DNA from: Octopus sinensis
Lineage: Eukaryota
DNA: 64,000 bases
Reading direction: 5' to 3'
NCBI RefSeq assembly: GCF_006345805.1
Contig: NC_042997.1
Location: 81,220,001 to 81,284,000, forward strand
Position 1 is the stretch's first letter. Each line of letters starts with the position of its first letter. The translations under genes were made by a program, and so were the position numbers. Shown here one piece after another: positions 24,791 to 36,269 of this stretch. The notes beneath the pieces were generated by a model that had not been told where the DNA came from, searched no databases, and saw only the letters and a list, made by a program, of their open reading frames with translations.

Positions 24791-25650
24791 ACAACAATGC
24801 ACCAATATTTACTGGAAATAACAATCGATAATATACACTGTATATATTAGCAAAGATGTATATGGGCAGTGAACATAAGAAATTTCATCTTACCTGTATG
24901 AGGAACATCAGATAAATGTCCAACCCAGATGTGGATAATCTAGGACCTAGGTTTCAAACTCTTCAAGATACATTTGTTAATGTAAACTTGATTAGTTCTC
25001 TTCAGCTAGATTTACCGGAACAAAATTTCAGATGTTGCCTCATCAATGCCAGTAAATTCACTTGAACATCTAGTTGCTAACAAAAGCGAGAACAGTGAAA
25101 AAGTTTTCAAAGAAAAGATTTTAAATTGTGCAATACAAGAGTATTGTTTTCCAGTAAAATAAAGCACCATTTGGTTAAAATATAAATATAAATATAGAAT
25201 GGTTGCACAACAATGCACCAATATTTACTGGAAATAGCAGTCAATAATACATGATGCTATAATAAAGCTTAACTGAATATACTGGCAAAGATGTGTGTAG
25301 GCAGCGAACATAAGAAATTTCATCTTAACTGTATGAAGAACATCAGATAAATGTCCAACCCAAATATGGATAATCTAGGACCTAGGTTTCAAACTCTTCA
25401 AGATATGTTTGTTCACGTAAACTTGATTAGTTCTCTTCAGCTAGATTTACCAGAACAAATTGCCACATCTATACCAGTATACTCACTTGAATGCCTAACT
25501 GCTAAAAGAAGCAAGAAAAGTGAAAGTTTCCAAAGAAAAATTTTAAAAACTGCAATACAGGAGTATTGTTTTCTAGTAAAATAAAGCAGCATATGGTTAA
25601 AGTATAAATTTAAATATAGAATGATGGTACAACAATGCACCAATATTTAC
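24791..25650. repeat. older tandem duplication, about 2.1 x 416-422 bp
   Basis: acaacaatgcaccaatatttact recurs at 24791, 25207 and 25629. Paralogous ORFs 25012-25221 and 25437-25643. Confidence 0.9.
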
Positions 25651-25664
25651 TTGAAATTGCAGGG

Positions 25665-25725
<61 letters not shown>

Positions 25726-25730
25726 GTATG

Positions 25731-25762
<32 letters not shown>

Positions 25763-25812
25763 ATATATATATATAATATATATATATAAATATATATATA
25801 AATATATATAAA

Positions 25813-26263
25813 GGTGCATGAGTGGCTGTGTGTAGGCGCATGAGTGGCTGTGTGTAGGCGCATGAGTGGCTGTGTGGTAAGTAGCTTGCTAACCAACCAC
25901 ATGGTTGCGGGTTCAGTCCCACTGCGTGGCATCTTGGGCAAGTGTCTTCTGCTATAGCCCTGGGCCAACCAATGCCTTGTGAGTGGATTTGGTAGACGGA
26001 AACTGAAAGAAGCCTGTCGTATATATGTATATATATATATGTGTGTGTGTGTGTTTGTGTTTGTCCCCCTAGCATTGCTTGACAACCGATGCTGGTGTGT
26101 TTACGTCCCCGTTACTTAGCGGTTCGGCAAAAGAGACCGATAGAATAAGTACTGGGCTTACAAAGAATAAGTCCCGGGGTCGATTTGATCGACTAAAGGC
26201 GGTGCTCCAGCATGGCCGCAGTCAAATGACTGAAACAAGTAAAAGAGTAAAGAGTAAAGAGTA
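25813..26263 (+). mobile_element. young tRNA-headed composite SINE (octopus OK-like family)
   Basis: Head gagtggctgtgtggtaagtagcttgct..gggttcagtcccactgcgtgg, internal (TA)(TG) tract, (AAGAGTA)n tail. Near-identical to 32557-32959. Confidence 0.9.
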
Positions 26264-26279
26264 TATATATATGTGTGTG

Positions 26280-27590
26280 TGCTGAAACAACTGCTCAACC
26301 ACTCAAATATGGAAGTGATATATCTCAACTTTGCAAAGGCCTTTGATAAAGTCGTTCATGGAATGATATGTCACAAACTGCGTGATCTTGGCATAGTTGG
26401 AAAATTGGGAGAATGGCTTCATGACTTTCTGAAGGATAGAAGTCAGGTGGTAGTAGCCAATAACACGCAAATAACACGCAAATAGTGAGCGGTGTTCCGC
26501 AAGGCACTGTTTTGGAACCACTGCTGTTCATAATGGCCCTCTCAGACATGCCCTCAGCCACACAGAGAGCCACAATCACAAGTTATGCAGATAATACAAA
26601 AGTTTCACAGGTAATACGGAACCCTGAAGATACTATGCACCTGAAATGTGAGCTGGACAAAATATACAAGTGGGCTGAAAAGAATAGCATGCAGTTCAAT
26701 GCTGAAAAGTTTCAAGCTTTATGCTATCAGCATGCAAAACTAAATGCTATACCCAATAAATACACTGGACCTGGAGGGATTGCAATCCCAGAGGCACAAC
26801 CAGTGCGAGACCTAGGTATTTACATGAGTAATGATGCAACCTTTCATGTGCATGTTGCTAAATTGGCAATGAAATGTAGGCGACTGACTGGATGGATTCT
26901 TAGAGCTTTTAGAACAAGAGACCAGGAAACCATGATGGTCCTCTGGAGGACACTTGTCCTAAGCCACTTTGACTATTGCTCTCAGCTATGGTCACCAACC
27001 AATGTCAAATTAATCTCAGAACTGGAGGCAATCCAACGAAGCTACACAAAGCCTCTGTGCAGCGCATAAGCTATTGGGAAAGACTCAAGAGATTAAGACT
27101 CTATTCCTTAGAGCGTAGACGAGAAAGATATGCCATAATATACATCTGGAAGATCCTGGAAGGACTTGTCCCAAACTTTGGCATCGAGAGTTACACAAAT
27201 ACTAGAATTGGGCGCCACTGCATAGTGCCAAGGACTCCAAATTTGCCATCAAAATGTTGGACAAGATACTGTGATAGCCTAGGCTTCAGAGGTCCACAGC
27301 TCTTCAATATCCTCCCGAAGGACCTGAAAGACCTGCATGGGGTGGATGCAGATGTCTTTAAAATAAAGCTTGATCTCTTCCTTTCAAGTGTCCCAGATGA
27401 ACGGACTTCATGGCAGGAGGTGCAGATGAGGGCAGTTGCATCAAACTCTCTCATGCAGCAAATGTCAATTGCTAAAAAGCAATCATGAAGTAAAATTATG
27501 TAGCAACACCAAATGGTGGTGCCCCAGCATGGCCACAGCTCGTGAGCTGAAACTAGATAAAATTTAAAAAATAAAATAAAATATATGTAT
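26280..27590 (+). mobile_element. 5'-truncated CR1-like LINE (RT C-terminal half + 3' tail)
   Basis: YLNFAKAFDKV.HG, SGVPQGTVLEPLLF, YADNTK, VRDLGI, DYCSQLWSP, LYSLERRRERY. A tandem aataacacgca duplication at about 26460-26482 shifts the frame. YADD is mutated to YADN. Confidence 0.92.
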
Positions 27591-27591
27591 A

Positions 27592-27668
<77 letters not shown>

Positions 27669-27818
27669 TTTTCTCTCCTTGTTTTTTATGTGTACCTTTC
27701 TGTAGAAGAGCGTAGGCTCAAAACATAAAAGACTTTTTCTATTCCTGAATGTTATACTAATACATCTGTTTGTTTTGTACACCACCTGTCTTCGTCTTTT
27801 GTTTTTTTCGTAAACTTT

Positions 27819-27849
<31 letters not shown>

Positions 27850-27867
27850 GATAGATAGATAGATATT

Positions 27868-27901
<34 letters not shown>

Positions 27902-29140
27902 ATATATAGATATATAGATATAGATATATATATATATATATATATAACAATACTGGGAGGATAAGAAATGGAACGATTGACGAATCGAAACGAACCCGAC
28001 GCGAAAGCGCTGTCAGACAATAGTGTAATAAATAAAATATATGCATACATACAAACATATATGTACGTACCTACATCTACATGTATATATACATGCATAT
28101 ATAAATATATATACGTGAGTACAGGACACCACAACTAAATGTAGAACTCAAGGAGAAACGAAAACGGAAAAGCCATTTTTTTACAACAGAAAAACAGAGA
28201 CGTGAAACTGGACAAGAAGCGAAAACGGGAAAAACATTTTTTTACAACAGAAAAAAAGAGTACAGGACATGTTACACAAGGAAAAATCCCCAATCATCAG
28301 CTGTTGCTAGTAGACGCAAGCGTGTTTCGAAGGCAAGACAGGACACGACTCGTCAAAACTAGGCCTTCCTGCGAGAGAATTAAAATAAAATTGCCTCGCA
28401 GAGGGGTAAAACAAGCACGAAAAAAAGTAACACAAACAGGACGTAACAATAAAACTGCACAATAAAATACATGATAAAAATACACGTACAAGAAAATACA
28501 AAACGAGAAATAAAAAATGAGAAATAAAAAGAAAATACAATATGAGAAATCAAAATAAACAAGAAAACAAACGAGAAAAACAAACGAAAAGGCCTTTTTT
28601 CTGGCTTAGACGGAAGATGTTCTAGCAGCGCATGGAAGCATGACTTTACAGTTTGAAAGCAGCGTGCAAAAGGAAGTGGTTTTGGCTAGCAGTGAGGAGG
28701 AGTGAGATATATATATATAGATATTCCAACCCATGCTTGCATGGAAAGCTGATGTTAAATGATGATGATAATGATGATGATGATGTATGTATATATCTGT
28801 ATATGTATATCTATACCTATCTATCTATATATATGTATACAATTTTGTATGTAACACAATTTTTAATCTTCGGATTTTTAAATATGCTAAGCCACTGGTT
28901 TTAATTGATTAACATCAATTTCAACCCTTATTATTTAATTTTATGTATGTATGTATGTATGTATGTATGTATGTATTTTTCCTTGGGGCTGGCCGTGTTG
29001 GAGCAAATATCAGAATTAATCAGCTGAAATTTGCTTTGATGATCCGGTTTCTGACTGAAGATTAAAGGCTTTGAATTACCTGTCTGTTTTCTGTGTTCGT
29101 CTCTTTATATATAAATTTTTATTCCTAAATATATATATAT

Positions 29141-29187
<47 letters not shown>

Positions 29188-29369
29188 TACAGGCTGCAGT
29201 GAATATAATGTTGTCTAAATTATACAAAAATGAAAACAACAATAACATCACATTTTAACAGAGATATATACCAAAATTACATAAAAAATATCTTGAAATA
29301 TTAGAGAGTAAATACATTCAATAAAATTGCTATTGGTGACTTCAGACGACTTCAGAATCTCCTGACGAC

Positions 29370-30010
29370 TTCAAATCAACAGATCAAGGTGTTATTGCAG
29401 TACTTAAAGTATATCATCTGCAGTGTATATTTGATCATGAATGTTATTCAATAAGGATGCCCAACACTAAAACTCTGGTAATTATTCAATGTTTTGCTTG
29501 CAGCTAAAATAATAAAAGGAGCTCAGAACAAAGTTACAAAGAATGAAAGGAAAAAACATATGCAAAAAATCCTTCTGTCGATTTATTGCAGTTTTGACAG
29601 GTATAAAGAACCAGAAGAAATTGTTTGAAATGAAACAGAAACAATCACTGATAATGGTTATAAATTACACCTTAGTTATTTCTATGAATGACATAAATAA
29701 TCTTTCAATCAGACAACAATGAACTCACAGCTGAAGATCACATTGAAGTTAAAAAGCATGATCAAAGGACTGAAGAGACTCTTACAATGGAAACTCCTGT
29801 TTATTCTTTCACTCTTAAAGAGCTCGGCTGAATTTTTACACACATTCAAAAACAAACTGAAACATTCGAGTTGTAGGATTTAAATTTCAAGAGGAGTAGA
29901 AAAATTAATAAAGATCTAAATGTATCTCATGTCTGTTATCATGAAAGTTATATAGAAAAGACCATTGCAGATGCAAGCAACTCTTGATACATTTATAAAT
30001 GCATTTTTCT
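29370..30010 (+). mobile_element. Tigger/pogo-like transposase relic
   Basis: TDQGVIAVLKVYH (cf. QP.DQGVI), ELTAEDHIEV and a C-terminal QATLDTF resemble the Tigger DDE_1 C-terminal region. Confidence 0.55.
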
Positions 30011-30523
30011 ACTTGGTTCAAGTGAGCCAAATATAAGCAGCAAAGTCTCATCCAAAGGGGGATCCAGAACGAATGGTAAAGAAACATCAAGGGACATATA
30101 AAATAAACTAGTGCGATTTCATTGTTTATTTGTTTATTATTTCCAAATGATTTATTTGATATGTACAGTCATGGCTGGGTGTTTAAGAACTTGCTTCTCT
30201 GCCATGTAGTCTTGAGTTCAGTTCCACTGCACAGCACTTTTGGCAAGTCTGATAAAGAGAGACAATAGGGTAGCACCATTAGTAGGAGAGGTTGGGAATG
30301 TAAAAGGGGAGAGTGAAGTGTAGTGTCACAATAAAATAGGGAACGCTAAGCTAAAAGAAGTTAAGAGAAATTTGTAAAAGTCAAGTTACTTGTTAAGAGA
30401 AGTTCACACCAACACATTGTACTTCAGCAAGTGTGTTCTACTATAATCTCAGGCCAACCATAGCTCTGAGTGGATTTGATGGACAGAAACTGAAAGCAGC
30501 TTGTCATATATATGTTTATTATA

Positions 30524-30576
<53 letters not shown>

Positions 30577-32516
30577 CTATCTATCTATCTACATATATAT
30601 ATATATATATATTCTTTTTTATCTGAAGAAATTGACCCTAGGACTTATTCTTTATATATATAAGCCTGATACTTATTCTATTGGCCTTTTTTGCTGAACA
30701 GTTATGAGGACATAAACACATTAACATCAGTTGTCAAGTGATGGTGGGAGGACAAACACTGACACAAATGCACACACACACACATACAACAGGCTTCTTT
30801 CAGTTTCTGTCGACCAAACCCACTCATAAATCTTTGGTTAGTCCAAGGCTAAAGTAGAAGTGTTGTAGGGAATTAGGTATAATAGTACACCCCTCCCACG
30901 TGATGAGTGGAATGAAACAGCCACTATAAATAAGGTGATGTCAGCTGGTATCGAAAGAGTACATAGAGTATGTGTAAACTGTGTTGATAGTTATGTCTGT
31001 GCTGATATGGTAATTACACTGTAATATTGAGTGGATGTTATAACGATCCAAACTTTTGAGGATAATAATACTGTACTACTGGGGTGGGGGGCTTATACAG
31101 TTCCAGAAAGAAATATTCTATTGACAACTGTGTCACTGTGGCTTTGAACTGGTTGATCACTCTCCTTATTCTCCTGATTTGCCCTCATCTGACTATCGTC
31201 TGTTCCCCAGCATAAAACAACACTTTGCTGGATACCAGTATCACAGTGATGGTGACATCATATCTATTTTCGATGACTGTTTTGACCAACAGGGTGAATG
31301 CTACTTCACCAATGGGACTCAAGCACTGCAACACTGATAGAAGAAGTGTGGGGGTTACAAAAGGGACTATGTTGAGAAAAAAACTCATTTGGTCACATTC
31401 CATGAGAGTATCTTAGTCAACCAATGAACTTTGCAGCTTACCTTCGTACTATGATCTTCAGTCAACAGGCTACAAAAAGAATGCTTAATAACTCAAGATG
31501 TTTATAGAATATATCTTGTGTATACATGCACACTCATTATTTTGTATCATAGACATATAAAATGCTCTCACATAAAAGACACTTTTTAACTGTACAATAA
31601 AGAAAGAAAGGGAAAGAAAAGTTATACACTCATAATATAGACAAATATTTACGTGTTAGTCTATATAAATACTTCCCAAAGAAAACTCTTCAAATTGGAA
31701 AATGTATTATAATATCATAGAGTCATTGGCACAGCAACTCAAGAGATGATAACAACATAGATATAGCTAACAAGAGAGTAATTTAGTGATGAGAAAGTTC
31801 TGCAATTAACTGTATTATCTGAAGAATAGATCAGTAAGCAAAATATAGGAGATAATTTAGTGCCATAATTCGATATTCTCTTATTCAATATCTATTCATT
31901 TCTCTTTGAGAAGATATCCGACAGTTATTGACTGCCCAAACTCTTGAATCTGTTAATATAAATGTACAAAACCTATGGAGTGTAATTGAGACAGTTTTTC
32001 TTGAAATTGCAATCATTCATACCCAGATTTGTTTTGATTGAGTAGTTGTGTACAAATGGTGTTTTGTGGCTGATTTACAGAAAGCTGTCTCCTTTCTGTA
32101 TAACATGGGCTATCTGCTTACTTTCCTATTTTCAAAAGTAAGTAAAAATTGATTCTTTGATATTCTACACACACACACACCACACACATAATTGCACATA
32201 CACACAGATCTGTATACATTTATATATGTTTGTATGATTGTGTATAGAAGAATATATTAATCAATGAAATTCTAACAGTCTGATTTTCATGTTTTATTAT
32301 TTACAATTTTTACAATTTTACAATATTATAATAATTGTGGAATATGACTGTCGCTACTACTACATAAACCTGATGATTGCATAATGCATGAAAGTACTAG
32401 TTTTATCACAATAAATATATAATATTCTATTGTTATAATAATGTAAAATTGTAAAAATTTCAAATAATAAAACATGAAAATCAGACTGTGTTGGAAGTTC
32501 ATTGATTAATATATAT

Positions 32517-32556
<40 letters not shown>

Positions 32557-32558
<2 letters not shown>

Positions 32559-32959
32559 CGCAGGAGTGGCTGTGTGGTAAGTAGCTTGCTAACCAACCAC
32601 ATGGTTCCGGGTTCAGTCCCACTGCGTGGCATCTTGGGCAAGTGTCTTCTGCTATAGCCCCAGGCCGACCAATGCCTTGTGAGTGGATTTGGTAGACGGA
32701 AACTGAAAGAAGCCTGTCGTATATATATATATGTGTGTGTGTGTGTGTTTGTGTGTCTGTGTTTGTTCCCCTAGCATTGCTTGACAACCAATGCTGGTGT
32801 GTTTACGTCCCCGTCACTTAGCGGTTCGGCAAAAAGAGACTGATAGAATAAGTACTGGGCTTACAAAAGAATAAGTCCCGGGGTCGAGTTGCTCGACTAA
32901 AGGCGGTGCTCCAGCACGGCCGCAGTCAAATGACTGAAACAAGTAAAAGAGTAAAGAGT
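32557..32959 (+). mobile_element. young tRNA-headed composite SINE (same family as 25813-26263)
   Basis: Near-identical head, body and tail, flanked by (TA)n. Confidence 0.9.
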
Positions 32960-34217
32960 ATATAAATATATACACACACACACACACACACATTTACATA
33001 TATTTGGCACGTCTGTGTGGTCATGAAACTTGCTTCCCAGCCATGTGGTCTCAGAATGAGGCACCTTCTAGTTTGTTGTGTGTGCCTGATGATTGTAAAT
33101 GAGCATTACTGTCATACAAGTGATGTTTGTTTCTATGTCTGGCCATGAGGAAATATTACTTTGCTTGGAAATTGGTGAGGGTTCATGACAGGAAGGGCAT
33201 TCAGCTGTAAAAAGAAACTTGCCTCAAAAAACATGGAAAGTGGATATTAAATGATGAATGATAAATGAAGACGACAATGATAATGATGAAGACATATGAT
33301 GGACTCTCCCATTGAAGATGTTGTATGAGTGTTCAGTGTTTGCTGAATGTCCTGCACAAATGATTTGTTTGTAGTGATCAAATGTATGTGCTGCACATTA
33401 GCGTACTCCTGCTATCAATTTGATATTGCCAGTACAGGTTCACAAGTGTGCCACGTGTCAGATGTCAAAATGATCACAAAACATTGTGAATTGAAAGTGC
33501 TTTGCTCAAGAACACAATGCATCGCTCATTCCAGGAATCGAACCCATGATCTAGTAAACATGAGTGCAACATCCAGTACAAATGAAGAACATAGTTGTTT
33601 GTATCACTTTTATTCCTTGGTTTACAGTTGTTTCAATAATGTATGGCTGACAAATCATGCAAGAGTTATGATACTGTCATATCAATTATGAATGATCCTC
33701 AGTCACCTCATAACCTTTGAGAAAAAATAAAAATATGATTACAAACTAGATGAATTCACTGTACGTATAGACGAACAGATGGTTTAGTGGAAAATGTTTG
33801 AGGAGTAAGCATTAGAAGTAGAAAAGAAGATGAGGTAAAATGACAGTTTAATTGTATCTCTTTACAAGATCATTTCTTAAGTTAAATTCATTAATCAGTC
33901 TGTATATTTAGATAGTTGTCTGGTCCAGAAGGTAAAACATCATTAGGTTTGTGTACTGTGGCACAGGCAGAATAATAAATTAGGTGGGAAATGCTTGTGT
34001 TAAATTGCTTCAAAGAAGATTTTAACTATTTCAAAGGTAAGAATAAACAACAGAGAGCTATGGGTGTACAAGCTGGAAAGTGTGATAAGAGCTGTAGCAA
34101 TAATAAAGGCACAACTGGTGTATGTCTACATACATGTAAATATGTGTGTGTAAATATGTGTAAATATATAGTTGGATAGATAGATAGATAGATATAGATA
34201 TAGATAGATGTATATTT

Positions 34218-34430
34218 TTTTGTGTCTAGGGAGAGTCATTAACATACCAGTTCGATTTCCACTCATTTATTTATGTAATAAATGAATAAGTAAATGAGTG
34301 GAGATCAAACTAGTGATTGTGTTAATTAATAAGGCATTAAAACAGAATGACACTCCCCAGACACAACAAAATATGCCTCAACACACGAATTCCCATAAAG
34401 AATCTTGCAAACCAGATACAAAAACGAAGT
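34218..34430. repeat. fold-back element family (second, longer copy at 40346-40738)
   Basis: TIR-like tgtgtctagggagagtcatt ... aatgacactccccagacaca with nested internal palindromes and a shared one-sided tail caacac.cgaatt..cataaagaat.ttgcaa.ccagatacaaaaa. Confidence 0.7.
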
Positions 34431-34439
34431 GTGTGTGTG

Positions 34440-35565
34440 TGAAACATCATCATCATCATCGTTTAATGTCTGCTTTCCATGCTAGAATGAGTTGAACGAT
34501 TTGACTGAGGACTGGCGAACCAAATGGCTGCACCAGGCTCCAATCTGATCTGGCAGAGTTTCTACAGCTGGATGCCTTTCCTAACGCCAACCACTCCGAG
34601 AGTGTAATGGGTGCTTTTACGTGTCACCGGCATGGGAGCCAGTCACGCGGTACTGGCAACGTCCATGCTCAAATGGTGTTCTTTTACGTGCCACCTGCAC
34701 AGGAGCCAGTCCAGCAGCACTGGCAACGACCTCACTCAAATGTTTTTTCACGTGCCAGTAAGGCGATGCTGGTAATGACCATGCTCGAATGGTGCTTTTT
34801 ACGTGCCACTGGCATGGAAGCCAGTCAGCTGCTCTGACAACGATCATGTTCGGATGGTGTTCTTAGTGCTCCACTGGCACGGGTGCCAGTCATCGAATTT
34901 GATTCGATTTTGATTTCACTTGCCTCAACAGGTCTTCACAAGCAGAGTTTAGTGTCTTGCTTCAACAGGTCTTTGCAAGCAGAGTTTAGTGACCAATGAA
35001 GGAAAGGTATGCATAAGTGGGCTGGTTACATCCCTGGCATAGGTTACAGGTTGTGGTCTCACTTGGCTTGCCTGGTCTTCTCTAGCACTGCATATTTCCA
35101 AAGGTTTCGGTCGCTAGTCATTGCCTCGGTGAGGCCTAATGTTCGAAGGTCGTGCTTCACCACCTCGTCCCAGGTCTTCCTGGGTCTACCTCTTCCACAG
35201 GTTCCCTCAACCGTTAGGGTGTGGCACTTTTTCAAACAACTATCCTCATCCATTCTCGCCACATGACCATACCAGTGCAGTCGTCTCTCTTGCACACCAC
35301 ATCTTCTTAGGTCCAACTTTTCTCTCAAGGTACTTACACTCTGTTGAGTATGCACACTGACGTTACACATCCATCGGAGCATACTGGCTTCATTCCTTGA
35401 GAGCTTACACATCCTCAGCAGTCATGGCCCATGTTTCACTGCCATGTAGCATGGGTGTTTGTACACATGCATCATACAGTCTACCTTTTACTCTGAGCGA
35501 GAGGCCCTTTGTCACCAGCAGAGGTAAGAGCTCTCTGAACTTTGCCCAGGCTATTATTATTCTAG
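34440..35565 (-). mobile_element. 5'-truncated RTE LINE 3' end with long 3' UTR and (ATG)n tail
   Basis: ORF 35059-35412 (EASMLRWMCNVS...RRLHWYGHVARM...GRGRPRKTWDEVVKHDL) is homologous to the 11.5-14.4 kb family. (CAT)n at 34445-34460 is the tail. Confidence 0.9.
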
Positions 35566-36269
35566 CAACTACACTTATTATTTTGGAAAATTTTTTTCAG
35601 AATCATAATCTCCATATTTTTCTGCATATTTTTTTTTAAAAATTGTGAAAAAAGTTAAAAATGAAGGAAACGGGGAGGTATTTTTAAAATGTTCATTTTT
35701 GCAAATTTTTTGCAGATTAGTATTCCCCATAGCCGAAAAGTGGGGTTTGTGTCAGAAAAAAAGAAAAAAATGTTTTAAAAATGGTGGTTTTTGGGTAGAA
35801 GTCTTGCCTACTTTTCTACTATAGGCACAATTCCTGAAATTTTTTGGAGGAGAGGTCCAGTCAATTAGGTTGACCCCAGTACACAACTGGTACTTAATTT
35901 ATCGGCCCCAAAAGGATGAAAGGCAAAGTCGACCTCAACAGAATTTGAACTCAAAACATAAAGACAGATGAGATACTGCTAAGCATTTCGCCCGGAGTGC
36001 TAACAATTCTGCCAGCTTGCCGCCTTTAACCGTCACAATATAGAAACATTTCTCATGGCACCAGCATGAATTTTTCATGGGTCCAGCCAGTGTATATAAT
36101 TATATTGAGGGAGCTAAGGCAAAAACAACCTGTCTCCAGCATGCTTGAAGTGCCAATACATATATACATTATTATTAATTTAATGTATTAATTACCTATA
36201 AATTTTTATAGCATGCTTGATAAAAATCATTAATGTGATTTTAATCCTTATATTCTTATATATATATAT

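Noticed and set aside
28290-28370. Minus-strand TTGACGAG...CGAAACACGCTTGCGTC as a full hammerhead
   Set aside because: Stem II does not pair and C3 is missing. Kept only as a motif observation within the inverted-arm family finding.
29055-29095. CTGACTGAAG...CTTTGAA between microsatellites, reminiscent of a decayed minimal hammerhead
   Set aside because: Stem II is poor, GAAA is broken and no closing stem I could be drawn.
30870-31450. Possible LTR or promoter (TATAAATA at about 30921) and short ORFs
   Set aside because: No second LTR, PBS/PPT or recognisable protein motif.
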